Shown: positions 33,305-42,070, numbered from the stretch's first letter. The stretch is DNA of 42,754 nt from a virus (IMGVR_UViG_3300048854_000104:1-42754); one strand, 5' to 3'. The notes: generated by a model not told the origin, from the sequence alone. Numbers and translations: made by a program.

Positions 33305-33648
33305 TGGCCTCCCTTGGCCTGCTTCAGCTTGTGCTCGGCGTAGACCTCGGCCACGCCGTCCATGACCCCCCGGTGGGACGGGCTGAGGCGCGGCGCGTAC
33401 CGGTAGACCGCGCGGCCCTGCTTGTCGCGGCCGTCGTACTCGTAGACCACCCGACCGTCGCCGAACGTCATGTGCTTGGGCAGCTCGCCGTCCGCGTCGG
33501 GCCGCACACCGATGTCCTGCTTGCCGTCGAACGGCCCCCGGCGCACCTCGTGGAACGGAACGTTGGGCGGGCAGTAGGCGCCCTCGTACTGGGCTGTGCC
33601 TGCGGGCTGGAGGATGGCGCGGACTTCACCGCGCAGCAGCGTCGCCAC
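33301..33648 (-). CDS. Hypothetical protein (115 aa)
   Basis: MATLLRGEVRAIL...GPFDG; GGAGG RBS. Confidence 0.75.
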   Translation of the reverse strand: MATLLRGEVRAILQPAGTAQYEGAYCPPNVPFHEVRRGPFDGKQDIGVRPDADGELPKHMTFGDGRVVYEYDGRDKQGRAVYRYAPRLSPSHRGVMDGVAEVYAEHKLKQAKGGQ

Positions 33649-33650
33649 GG

Positions 33651-33953
33651 TCAGACCTCCTCGGTCTCGTCGTCCCACACGATGCGGGTGTGACCGCCGT
33701 GACCGTGGACCTCCTCGGCGTAGACGAGGGTGTCCCAGAACACGATGGACGGGCGAGGGCCGACCCAGCGGATCGACACTGAGCCGTCCGGCCACAGCAC
33801 GCCGTTGGCGACGCGCCCGGTGCCGGACACGCCCGTCACGTCGTGGTCGCGGATCAGCGAGAACACGCGTGGCCGGAGGGGCTGCGCCTCGGAGAGGTCT
33901 GGGCCCGGTAGGCGTTGAGCCAGGGACGCATCGATGTTCTCGTACTCGGACAT
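33651..33953 (-). CDS. Hypothetical phage protein (100 aa)
   Basis: FSLIRDHDVTGVSGTGRVA.G...DG.V..RW...HGHGG.T; GAGGAG RBS. Confidence 0.8.
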   Translation of the reverse strand: MSEYENIDASLAQRLPGPDLSEAQPLRPRVFSLIRDHDVTGVSGTGRVANGVLWPDGSVSIRWVGPRPSIVFWDTLVYAEEVHGHGGHTRIVWDDETEEV

Positions 33954-33955
33954 GG

Positions 33956-36277
33956 TCAGGACTCCTCGAACTCGAAGGTGAGCGCGCAGCGGCAGTTGAT
34001 CGACTGCGCGGCCGGAGCGGTGGCATCAGCAGGCCACCGCGACTTGGTCAGCACGAACCGCTTGTTCATCGCGGCCGTACGTCCGTTCTCCTCGCGGTGC
34101 GTCTCGCGGGTGCGCGCGTCCGCCGTGGCCAGCCACGTCTTCTTCGTGGCGCCCGCATCCAACGCGGCCAGGAACGACGCCTGGTTGTAGCCACCCACGG
34201 TCTCCGTACGGGCGATCATGTTCGCGCGGTAGTCGCCGAGGTTCGCGAACGTCCGCTGAATCCGGGCCCGCAGCTCCGGCACCGACTCGCCCTCGGCCAC
34301 ACCGTGCGCCAGGATCTGCGACCGCAGCACCTGCTCCGTCGTCGCCGTCACCTGCCCGGCCAACTCCTCGATCCGGTCCCGCAGCGCGTCCGCCACGGTC
34401 GGCTCATCCAGGTCGAACGACCCCGTGATCGAGACACCGCCACGCTTCCACGCCCGCTCAACAAACGGCCGCAGTGCATCCGCTGTCCGCCGCCGCCAGT
34501 ACCTCGGGTCGAAGAGCTGCGAGACCTTGATGCGCTCCTCCCACCCCTCCGGCCCGGAGGCGACCTCCATATCAGTGAGGCAGGCGGCCGGCACCTCCTC
34601 GGGGTCGGGCACGGCGAGCACGAGTTGCTGCTCGCGCGCGAGGGCAGCCGACTCGGCGCGCACCCCGTTCAGCCACGCCGCGCTGCGCTCCGGCTTCTTC
34701 ATCAACCGGTCGAAGTCCCGCAGCACCCGATCGGCCTGCTCGCGCGCGAGGGCCTGCACCGCGCGGCGGCCGGCACGCTCCAACTCGTCGTAGGCCGCGT
34801 TGATGTCCGCGAGGGATGGTGACGACGGGGCGTCGTCCGCCCGCTCCAGACGGGGCGTCGGAGGGCCGTCGACCTGCGGCGGTGTCGCGCCGAGGAGGCG
34901 GCCGAGCACGGCCTCTACCGCGCGTTCGACGATGGTCCCGACGTCGGGCGTCTGTGGCTGGAGACGGGACCAGTCGACGTCCCACGACCGCGCCTCGTCG
35001 GCGGCCGGGGCGCCCTGCACAGGGGCGAAAAGGGCGCGGTACGGAGTGAGCGTGTTTTGCCCGATGCCGCCCGGGAGCGGGTCCTTGCCGAGGTCTGCGC
35101 GGGCCTCATCGATCGTCAGGGTGTCGCTGTAGACACTGGCGCGGGTCCTGTTCGCGATCGAGTCGCGGCCCTCTTGAAGCGCGTCCACGCCCGACAGATC
35201 AAACTCGGCCTCTTCGGAGTCGGACGGCAGAAGCCGCAGGTCGATCTCACTGCCGAGGATCTCCAGCTTCGGCACGATCGTGTCCGACCACAACGTGGTC
35301 TTCGCCGCCGACCGGTTCTCGTACGTGGTGCCAGCGGCCAGATAGTCATGCGGGATCCCGAAGGCCATCATGACCTCGGCCGCGTTCGCCATCCGGGATT
35401 CGAGGTACTCCATCTCCTCGGGCGTGAAGGTGAGCCGCTCGACAGCGATGCCCTTGCCGCCGTTCCCGCCGGACCCTGGCTGCGACCGTACGAACAGGCT
35501 CTTGCCCGCGTTGTTCGCGCCCTGCATCGAGGAGCGCCACGCGGCGACGGTCTGGTTGTACTCCTGCTCGCTCATGTCGCCGAGGTAGACGACGTTCGAG
35601 GGGCGGGCCCCGTTGGCGTACGAGGAGCGCTGCCACTCGCGGGCGAAGGCGTCCATGTCGACGGCGTGCCGCGCGGCCTTCCACGGGGCGATGCAGCCGA
35701 GCGGGTCGAAGGGGTGCGGGTAGCGCAGCCAGAGCATCTCCTCGGGCAGCACCGGTACTTGGGTGCCGTCGCCGCGCCGGATGACGAAGCCGATGATGTT
35801 GGCCGTGGTGGGCCGCTGCGCGATCGGCTTGTCCACGATCACGTCGACCTGGTCGAAGGTGAGGTGGATCTCGGTCACGTCGCCGAGGCCGGTCTCGCCG
35901 CGGTCCAGCCACACGAACGCTTGGGCGGCCAACTCCAGCTGCTGCAGCAGCAGCGACTTGAAGACCCGCGCGCTCATCAGCGGGTTGGGCCGCTTGTTGA
36001 ACAGGTGGGCGATGTTGTGGCCCTTGATCTCCTGTCCGTCCGGCTGGCGTACGGCCAGGGGTACCGAGGACCCGTTGTCGGCGATCGCAGCCACACACCG
36101 GTAAGCGACGGCCGAGTTGGCGTAGCCGCGGGCTTCGGCGTCCAACGCCATGGTGAGGGACTGCTGCCCACCAACCGAGGCGACGGTGATGGGCATGCGG
36201 TCGCGCAGGGTATCGAGACCCATGCCGACACGCTTCTCCGCTGTCCGGCTGAGGGCTCGGTTTCGGTACTGGCTCAA
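33956..36277 (-). CDS. Portal protein fused to a MuF/gp7-like head morphogenesis domain
   Basis: HK97-type portal (AYRCVAAIA, RPNPLMS, AFGIP, LTIDEAR); C-terminal IARTET...KTWLATADARTRETH...INCRC. Confidence 0.92.
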   Translation of the reverse strand: MSQYRNRALSRTAEKRVGMGLDTLRDRMPITVASVGGQQSLTMALDAEARGYANSAVAYRCVAAIADNGSSVPLAVRQPDGQEIKGHNIAHLFNKRPNPLMSARVFKSLLLQQLELAAQAFVWLDRGETGLGDVTEIHLTFDQVDVIVDKPIAQRPTTANIIGFVIRRGDGTQVPVLPEEMLWLRYPHPFDPLGCIAPWKAARHAVDMDAFAREWQRSSYANGARPSNVVYLGDMSEQEYNQTVAAWRSSMQGANNAGKSLFVRSQPGSGGNGGKGIAVERLTFTPEEMEYLESRMANAAEVMMAFGIPHDYLAAGTTYENRSAAKTTLWSDTIVPKLEILGSEIDLRLLPSDSEEAEFDLSGVDALQEGRDSIANRTRASVYSDTLTIDEARADLGKDPLPGGIGQNTLTPYRALFAPVQGAPAADEARSWDVDWSRLQPQTPDVGTIVERAVEAVLGRLLGATPPQVDGPPTPRLERADDAPSSPSLADINAAYDELERAGRRAVQALAREQADRVLRDFDRLMKKPERSAAWLNGVRAESAALAREQQLVLAVPDPEEVPAACLTDMEVASGPEGWEERIKVSQLFDPRYWRRRTADALRPFVERAWKRGGVSITGSFDLDEPTVADALRDRIEELAGQVTATTEQVLRSQILAHGVAEGESVPELRARIQRTFANLGDYRANMIARTETVGGYNQASFLAALDAGATKKTWLATADARTRETHREENGRTAAMNKRFVLTKSRWPADATAPAAQSINCRCALTFEFEES

Positions 36278-36287
36278 CGTCGTCCTC

Positions 36288-37634
36288 CTAGGCGACCGCG
36301 GCGAGGTTGCCCGCGGGGGCGAGCATGAGATCGGTGAACGCCCATACGCCGCCGTCGAGTCGGTCGGGGCTGGAGTCGCCCGGTACCCAGGTGACGCACT
36401 GCTCCTCGAACTCGGGGAGGCTGCCCACGACGTGGGCGGCGTGCTGCTCGAAGACTGCAGCGACGGGCTCGGCGCGGGTGAGCTTGCCGCGGGTGGCGTG
36501 CACGGTGCGGACGTTCACGCTGGGGTCGATCTGCCGGATCGTCGAGGTGATCCACTCGCCGCCGTTGTTGACCTCGACCACGATCGCGTCAGCCCGATGC
36601 TTGTGGTAGGCGCGGATTGCGGTCCGTGCGGCCTCGATGGGCGGCATCCGGCCGGACAGGTCATCGAGCAGGTAGCCGTGCTGGCGCATGGTGCCGTTCA
36701 GGTCGGGGAGGTACTGCTGGCCGAGCCCGGCGACCAGGATGCCCATCTCGTCGGATTCCTCGTGGCTGGTGGCGGCGGGGTCCATGGCCACGACGACGCG
36801 GGACATGGGCGGGGCTGCGCCGACGCGGGTGGCGTCGAAGAGCTGCCGAGTCCACAGGGCGCCCTCGATGTCCTCCAGCAGGATGCCGTCCAGCTCCTGC
36901 GCTTCGGTGCGGGTGCCGGCGTACTTCTGGATCAGGTGCAGGCGCTGCTCTTCGGGCAGGTGGATCGCGTCGCGGGTGCGGCCCCGGGTGACGGTGACCT
37001 TCGGCGAGCGGGTCAGCTCGATCAGTTCCGTGCGCGGCTTGGGCGTCGTTGACCCGATGTAGTGGGGGTTCGTGCCGAGACGGAGGCCCATCTCCGAGTG
37101 GGTGATGGCCTCCTTCAACCGGCGCTGCGCGGCCACCTCCTCCATCCACACCAAGCACCGGTTGCCGCCGGCGCGGAGGCGTTCGACGTCGTCGGGGGTG
37201 TGCGATCCGAAAAGCTTGGCCTCGGCCCCGCTCGGCCACCTCGCGTAGGTGCCGCCGGTCGTCGTCCTCAACACCACGCGCGGGTCGTGCGCCTTCAGCC
37301 CGGACGGCCCGTTGACGCAGGCCTCCACTGCGTCTCCCTGCGTGGGGGCGATGATGGCCATGCGGTGCCCGCCCCTCAATCGTGGGTCGCAGGGTGGGCC
37401 GTTGACGTGCGCGACCATGTAGCGGGCGCAGCCGTCCGTCTTGCCGGTGCCTCGGCCGCCGAGCTGTAGCCACCAGCCGAGCGTGGGCACGGAGTCGGGC
37501 GGGACCTGCCATGGGTACGGCTTCCAGCGCCCCCAGCGTTTCGCCCACAGCTTCGCCGCCAACTCCTGCTCGAGCAGCTCGAGCTCGGCCGGGGACAGCC
37601 CGGCCAATCGAGCGTCGAGGTCGGCGGCGTGCAC
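36288..37634 (-). CDS. terL: Terminase large subunit
   Basis: Walker A GGRGTGKT, Walker B VWMEE, STTPKP, nuclease VAMDPA, EVNNGG, SPDRLDG. Confidence 0.95.
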   Translation of the reverse strand: MHAADLDARLAGLSPAELELLEQELAAKLWAKRWGRWKPYPWQVPPDSVPTLGWWLQLGGRGTGKTDGCARYMVAHVNGPPCDPRLRGGHRMAIIAPTQGDAVEACVNGPSGLKAHDPRVVLRTTTGGTYARWPSGAEAKLFGSHTPDDVERLRAGGNRCLVWMEEVAAQRRLKEAITHSEMGLRLGTNPHYIGSTTPKPRTELIELTRSPKVTVTRGRTRDAIHLPEEQRLHLIQKYAGTRTEAQELDGILLEDIEGALWTRQLFDATRVGAAPPMSRVVVAMDPAATSHEESDEMGILVAGLGQQYLPDLNGTMRQHGYLLDDLSGRMPPIEAARTAIRAYHKHRADAIVVEVNNGGEWITSTIRQIDPSVNVRTVHATRGKLTRAEPVAAVFEQHAAHVVGSLPEFEEQCVTWVPGDSSPDRLDGGVWAFTDLMLAPAGNLAAVA

Positions 37635-37641
37635 GGTGCGG

Positions 37642-37833
37642 CTACTCCCATTCGTAGACGGTCTCGTTGGCGTGCCGGGTGTGCGGCAGCCGGAAGTCGA
37701 AGTGGTTGGCGAACAGCTCGCACGTGATCGTTGGATCGCGCGGGTATACCGACGTGCACGGCTGGTCGGACTCGGCAGGCGGGGTGCTGGTGTCCGGCGG
37801 GTCATCGACGACCGGGTCGGTGGGCGCGGTCAC
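37642..37833 (-). CDS. Small hypothetical protein (63 aa; C...C...H...H)
   Basis: GTGA-coupled to terS, with GGAGG RBS. Confidence 0.65.
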   Translation of the reverse strand: MTAPTDPVVDDPPDTSTPPAESDQPCTSVYPRDPTITCELFANHFDFRLPHTRHANETVYEWE

Positions 37834-38255
37834 GTCTCCTCCAGCTGCGCAATCTCGTCGGCGAGCGCCTTCACGCGGGCCGTCATTTCGTCGGTGATCT
37901 GGACGTTCGCTTTCACCGGGGCGTACAGGCCGAGGAGTTTCGCTTCGTGGTCCATGGCGCGGACGATTGCCTCGCCCGCTTTCGGGGCGTGCATTCCGCC
38001 GGCGCGGACCATGGGCATGAGGCCGTCGATGAGCTGCTTGCAGGTGGCGAGCTGCTCGCCCACGTAGGCGCCGAAGGCCTCGGTGGCTTCCTGGTGCAGG
38101 CGGGCCCGGCCGCGCTTCCACGACTCGTAGGTGTTCTTCACGTCTGCGCCGATGCGTTCGGCGATCTCGCGGAACTCCAGGCGGTCGCGGGTGCGCAGCA
38201 GCATGACTTCGTCCTCGCGCTGCCGTGCGATGTCCTCGTTGCGTTTGGTTGCCAT
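37830..38255 (-). CDS. terS: Terminase small subunit
   Basis: HTH LEFREIAERIG, C-terminal AKLLGLYAP; GGAGGTG RBS; synteny. Confidence 0.85.
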   Translation of the reverse strand: MATKRNEDIARQREDEVMLLRTRDRLEFREIAERIGADVKNTYESWKRGRARLHQEATEAFGAYVGEQLATCKQLIDGLMPMVRAGGMHAPKAGEAIVRAMDHEAKLLGLYAPVKANVQITDEMTARVKALADEIAQLEET

Positions 38256-38276
38256 GCCGTCACCTCCCTGGTGGGG

Positions 38277-38325
38277 AAGGTACGGAAAACGGGCGCGGCA
38301 GGATCTTGGGGGCTGCAATTCGCGG
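38277..38325 (-). promoter_or_regulatory. Putative late promoter upstream of terS
   Basis: CCGCGAATTGCAGCCCCCA-N24-TACCTT on the minus strand. Confidence 0.7.
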
Positions 38326-38334
38326 GCATGACGA

Positions 38335-38362
38335 CGCCCCGCCGACGCAGGTCGACGGGGCG
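38335..38362 (-). terminator. Stem-loop insulating the late operon
   Basis: cgccccgtcgac-ctgc-gtcggcggggcg on the minus strand. Confidence 0.65.
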
Positions 38363-38380
38363 GTCAGGGTGTCGGTCGGC

Positions 38381-38605
38381 TCAGCGGAGGTACGCCCGGC
38401 GGTGCTCGGGGTAGCCGGTGTGGATGTCGGGCTGTCCGATGCGCTGTTCCTGCGTGATGCGGCGGCGTGCTGCTTCCACCTGGTCGGGTGTCGGCGGCAC
38501 GATCGACGGGCGCAGGCCTGGGTGTGGCGCCTGCTTGGCCAGCCGGTCAGCCACGCGGCCCAACTCTGCGGCAACGGCGCGCTGTACGAGCTCCCTCACG
38601 GTCAT
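38381..38605 (-). CDS. Hypothetical protein (74 aa)
   Basis: MTVRELVQRAVAAELGRVADRL...; CATCAT 6 nt before the ATG (possibly leaderless). Confidence 0.55.
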   Translation of the reverse strand: MTVRELVQRAVAAELGRVADRLAKQAPHPGLRPSIVPPTPDQVEAARRRITQEQRIGQPDIHTGYPEHRRAYLR

Positions 38606-38627
38606 ACGGACATGATGGCGCACGGGG

Positions 38628-39086
38628 TCAGCAGGCGTCGTACTTCCAGTCGCCGCCTTCACGCGTCCACGGCTGCCCCGTCTGGTCGAACTTCGGCAGA
38701 CCCGTCACCTTGTACGAGACACGCCCCATGTCCCCCGAGACGGTGGCGTGCACGTCCGTCGCCGGATGGTCGGGCCCGTAGTCCTTCGCGGCCTGCTCCA
38801 CCGTGGCCGCGTACACGGCCGGGTCCGCCTTCGCCTTGCAGCGCTTAGACAGGAACGCGTAAGCGGGCTTCCCCTCGCCCGCGAAGTACAGGTTCGTGTA
38901 CGTGTCGACGACGCGTTCCAGCGCGGCGGCGTCGGCCGGCGGCGGGGTGTTGGTGGGGGTGGTGGTCGGTGCTTCGGCGGTGGCGGGTGCCGTGCTCGGC
39001 TTGGCGTCGTCGTCGTTCGACGAGGAGCAGGCGGTGAGCGCGAGGAGCGCGGCGGTGGCGAGCGTGATGGTGGCGCGGATGCGCAT
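38628..39086 (-). CDS. Lipoprotein (152 aa)
   Basis: Signal peptide II ending LALTA-C, Thr/Pro linker, small globular domain (AY.FLS.RC...W.REGG.WK). Confidence 0.88.
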   Translation of the reverse strand: MRIRATITLATAALLALTACSSSNDDDAKPSTAPATAEAPTTTPTNTPPPADAAALERVVDTYTNLYFAGEGKPAYAFLSKRCKAKADPAVYAATVEQAAKDYGPDHPATDVHATVSGDMGRVSYKVTGLPKFDQTGQPWTREGGDWKYDAC

Positions 39087-39137
39087 GTGTCCCCCCGGAC
39101 GTTGTGGTCTGAGGGGGCATGGTGCCACGGGGGTACG

Positions 39138-39203
39138 ACAGTGGGCATGAGTGAGGCCCGCGCCACTGGGGGTGGAACGCGGGCCTCTGACCCTGCCCAC
39201 TGT
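39138..39203. terminator. Long stem-loop
   Basis: acagtgggca...gaggcccgcg / cgcgggcctc...tgcccactgt. Confidence 0.65.
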
Positions 39204-39226
39204 AGGGCGGGGGTGTGACAGTCGGT

Positions 39227-39691
39227 CTACGCCTGTGCTTCCTCGGCACCGACCCACGCGTCTACGGCGTGCTGCGCCACCTCGGCACCGGTCCACAGCG
39301 GGCCCACGCTCGTCGGCGCCGGGCGCCCGGCCAGCAGCGCGCGGACGACGATGACGACCACGGCCGGGTCCACCCAACGGGGCAGCGAGGAAAGGAACTC
39401 GGGGTCGTGCACGAGGTGGCCGTCTGCCTTGCGCGGGGCCCACATCCACTGCTCGGCGGGGTGATCCCACTCCAGCGTGATGCCATGCCGGTGCACGCTG
39501 GTGTCGAGGGCCGGGTGTTCGTCGTCCCAGTTGAGGATGGCGTTCAGCATGCAGGCGGCACCGGAAAGGTCGTCGTCGCGGTAGCGGTCAAGTTCGCCGT
39601 CGTCGGTCCACACCTCGGTGGGCGCGAGGTCGGCGGCGGTGAGCGCGGCGGTCACCTGGTTGATGTACAGGTCGTGCGGCAGATTGCTCAT
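39227..39691 (-). CDS. Hypothetical protein (154 aa)
   Basis: MSNLPHDLYINQVTAAL...LEWD....W.W; GAGAGG RBS. Confidence 0.8.
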   Translation of the reverse strand: MSNLPHDLYINQVTAALTAADLAPTEVWTDDGELDRYRDDDLSGAACMLNAILNWDDEHPALDTSVHRHGITLEWDHPAEQWMWAPRKADGHLVHDPEFLSSLPRWVDPAVVVIVVRALLAGRPAPTSVGPLWTGAEVAQHAVDAWVGAEEAQA

Positions 39692-39811
39692 TGGTTCAGG
39701 GTCCTCTCTGGGTCGGACATTGGGGGCTGTTTCAGTGGCCGCAGGCGGGGGCGGTCCACCATCCGCAGGTGGCGCAGTAGTCGAGGCCGAGGCGGCCCAA
39801 CAGGCGGGCGA

Positions 39812-40264
39812 TCATTCGCTGTTCACCTCCCCCGCAGTGACGTGCAGGTGGGTGTGCTGGGGGCGTTTGGGCAGGGTGTAGCTGTAGATCCACATCCCCT
39901 TCTGGAGTTCAGAAGGGGTCACGCTCACGGGCTCTTGACCAGCGCACTTGCGGCATGAGGGGTGCCCATCCTCCGGTGGGGGAGTGGCGGACGTATCGGA
40001 CATCTGCCATGCGCCGATCGCCCACACCACAGGCACTAGGTAGATGGCTCCGTACGCCCGCTGCACGATCGAGCCGTAGAACACGACGACGAACAGCGAG
40101 CCCGCGACGCGCCGCAGGATGACGCCGAGGTGCCGGACGGCGACGGCCACGCCGCTCTCGCCCGGGGCGTAGTCGGCGCCACCCAGCCACCGAGCCCACG
40201 TCTCCAGTTGACGCCACGTACCAACGGACAGACGGCGGCCCACCATGGCCGCGCGCCCCGTCAC
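39812..40264 (-). CDS. Membrane protein with C-terminal CxxC...HxH
   Basis: Two TM segments, CRKC, HTHLH; GTGA coupling. Confidence 0.75.
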   Translation of the reverse strand: MTGRAAMVGRRLSVGTWRQLETWARWLGGADYAPGESGVAVAVRHLGVILRRVAGSLFVVVFYGSIVQRAYGAIYLVPVVWAIGAWQMSDTSATPPPEDGHPSCRKCAGQEPVSVTPSELQKGMWIYSYTLPKRPQHTHLHVTAGEVNSE

Positions 40265-40782
40265 ACCAGGCCTGCCACGTAGTCGCCGAGCCACGACACG
40301 GTGGGCGCGGCCAGGAACCCGATCGCGCCCGCCACGCTGGAGGCCAGGCCGAGGCTGATGCCCGAGAGGATGTGCCGGACGAAGTCCCAGCGGAACCCGC
40401 GGATGCCGGACACGGCGATGACGACGACGGTCGCGATGATGATGACCGCGTGGCCGCCGGCGGTGAGTGCGAGGTGGGTGGTCCGGGTGACATTCGGGGT
40501 GCTGCTGCCGAGGCCATAGATCAGGCCCACGTCGCCGACCTGGTTGGTGCCCCACAGGGACCAGTCGGCGGCAGCGCCGATGATGCCGCCTGCGGACAGG
40601 ACGAGCAGGGCGCCGTACGTCAGGCACAGCACCTGCGGGACGAGTGCCTTCAGGGCCTTGGAGGTGAGCCGCTTCTTGTGGCTGACCCACCAGCGGGAGA
40701 AGTCCCAGGCGAACAGGCTGAGGCCTACGGTGACGCCTCCGAGGGAGACGACGCTGTACGTCGGGATGTTGAGCGGGGTCAT
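40261..40782 (-). CDS. Multi-pass membrane protein (173 aa, about 4 TM)
   Basis: MTPLNIPTYSVVSLGGVTVGLSLF...; Gly/Ala-rich TM helices; AGGA RBS. Confidence 0.8.
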   Translation of the reverse strand: MTPLNIPTYSVVSLGGVTVGLSLFAWDFSRWWVSHKKRLTSKALKALVPQVLCLTYGALLVLSAGGIIGAAADWSLWGTNQVGDVGLIYGLGSSTPNVTRTTHLALTAGGHAVIIIATVVVIAVSGIRGFRWDFVRHILSGISLGLASSVAGAIGFLAAPTVSWLGDYVAGLV

Positions 40783-40790
40783 GCCGGGTC

Positions 40791-40934
40791 CTATCGGAGG
40801 ACGGCGACGCCGAGCGCCGCGCAGGTGAGGATGAACGCGACGGTCCCGGAGATCTTGGGGACGTCGGGGAGCGCGATGGCGCACAGGCCGGCGAAGGCGA
40901 GCACGGCCGCGAGCGGGAAGAACATGGCGAGCAC
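40791..40934 (-). CDS. Small 2-TM protein (47 aa), absent from the ORF track
   Basis: Manual translation MLAMFFPLAAVLAFAGLCAIALPDVPKISGTVAFILTCAALGVAVLR*; GGAGGTG RBS. Confidence 0.75.
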   Translation of the reverse strand: MLAMFFPLAAVLAFAGLCAIALPDVPKISGTVAFILTCAALGVAVLR

Positions 40935-40937
40935 GGG

Positions 40938-41342
40938 TCACCTCCGGCCGTGTTGTCGTACCGGGGTGGGACCGGTCGGCAGGACCGGGTGGGACACGGG
41001 GAGGCCGGTCAGACCCACGTCGTACCGAGCCGTCGTACCGGTCGCACCGGGCGTCGCACTGAGCCGGTACGCGGTGGGAACGGTGGCCTGCACCGAGCCG
41101 CGCTGGGGTTCCTGACCTGCGTCACACCGTGTGATCCAGAACCGTTCGATCGTCGGACGCACGCCGTGCGGCACGTCGGTGTGGTCCCACACCTTGCGGT
41201 ACGTCCCGGCCACGATGCGGAGCGCGGATCGTACGGCGTCGGACACGGTCATACCGGTGGCGAGCATGGTGGTGAGGTCGTCGTACAACTGCGCGTCGAC
41301 CTTGACGGAGACGGTCTTACCGACGGGCGGCGGGGTGGACAC
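40938..41342 (-). CDS. Protein with N-terminal ribbon-helix-helix-like domain
   Basis: KTVSVKVDAQLYDDLTTMLATGMTVSDAVRSAL; GGAGG RBS. Confidence 0.75.
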   Translation of the reverse strand: MSTPPPVGKTVSVKVDAQLYDDLTTMLATGMTVSDAVRSALRIVAGTYRKVWDHTDVPHGVRPTIERFWITRCDAGQEPQRGSVQATVPTAYRLSATPGATGTTARYDVGLTGLPVSHPVLPTGPTPVRQHGRR

Positions 41343-41367
41343 GGTGTGACCTCCGGGCGTGACGGCT

Positions 41368-41462
41368 GGTGTAGCTACACCCTAAGGTGGGTGTAGCTAC
41401 ACCCGCAAGTCACTCACGTAGAGGAGCCTCCGTTGCCCCCTGTAGCTACACGCAGATACCGT
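41368..41462. promoter_or_regulatory. Divergent promoters with three palindromic TGTAGCTACA operators
   Basis: GGTGTAGCTACACC at 41368-41381, GGGTGTAGCTACACCC at 41389-41404, TGTAGCTACA at 41441-41450. Minus strand TTGCGG-N18-TAGGGT; plus strand TTGCCC-N18-TACCGT-N6-ATG. Confidence 0.85.
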
Positions 41463-41468
41463 TCGCGC

Positions 41469-41675
41469 ATGCCGAACGCGCCCAAGACACCTGCTCGCCA
41501 GTTCCGCATCGGCGATCAGTGGTACGCCTTCGAGGCTGCGACGAAGGCCCAGGACACCGATCGCGCGACCGTGCTCCGCGAGTTCATCGACTGGTATCTC
41601 CAGGAGCCTGGCGCGCAGCTCCCGGAGCGTCCGCAGCAGGAGGCGTGGAAGGAGCCTCCGGCTGTTGAGGAGTAG
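41469..41675 (+). CDS. Ribbon-helix-helix (Arc/CopG-like) repressor (68 aa), probably leaderless
   Basis: TPARQFRIGDQWYAFEAATKAQDTDRATVLREFIDWYL. Confidence 0.85.
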   Translation: MPNAPKTPARQFRIGDQWYAFEAATKAQDTDRATVLREFIDWYLQEPGAQLPERPQQEAWKEPPAVEE

Positions 41676-41686
41676 CCAGAACGCAG

Positions 41687-41720
41687 CGAAGCCCCGACCG
41701 GTTGACTGGTCGGGGCTTCG
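41687..41720 (+). terminator. Intrinsic terminator-like hairpin
   Basis: cgaagccccgacc / ggtcggggcttcg followed by tgtt. Confidence 0.8.
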
Positions 41721-41814
41721 TGTTGCCGGCGCGTGGCGGATTCGGAAGGGCATGAGCTGAGCGCTTCTGTGCGCCCCTCGTGCCCTCCAGACGGCCGCCG
41801 CTACGGTGGCGCTC

Positions 41815-42027
41815 ATGACGACCCCGGGCGAGACCCTGTTGGATATTCCGTGGGCGCATGTGCGCGCTGCTGGGACGCAGAACGAGCGGTGTGTGAAGTG
41901 CGGTGAAGCGGCGGTGCTGGAGTTCCTGGCTGAGGGCAGTCGGTCGTTCGCTTGCTTGGCGGACGCAGGGTTTGCCGCGTACGGGGCGGCGATCGTGGCA
42001 GTGAGCGGCAGGGCCCGGATTGTGTGA
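41815..42027 (+). CDS. Possible small protein (CxxC...C)
   Basis: MTTPGETLLDIPWAHV...CVKC; fills the gap between two hairpins; TACGGT 7 nt upstream of the ATG. Confidence 0.45.
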   Translation: MTTPGETLLDIPWAHVRAAGTQNERCVKCGEAAVLEFLAEGSRSFACLADAGFAAYGAAIVAVSGRARIV

Positions 42028-42029
42028 CG

Positions 42030-42070
42030 ACGCCCCGTCGACCGCCGTCGCTGACGGGGTGACGGGGCGT
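42030..42070. terminator. Bidirectional stem-loop ending the early operon
   Basis: acgccccgtc / gacggggcgt with an inner ccgtc/gacgg, between convergent ORFs. Confidence 0.7.

Noticed and set aside
19308-37052. Many long plus-strand ORFs opposite the structural genes (e.g. 19308-20837, 25940-27367, 31189-32655, 35057-36328)
   Set aside because: These are antisense shadows expected in high-GC DNA; the minus-strand frames carry the recognisable motifs.
39721-39738. Third copy of the late-promoter motif (TGGGGGCTG...)
   Set aside because: Only 9 contiguous bases match, the AATT core is missing, and there is no -10 box at the expected distance.
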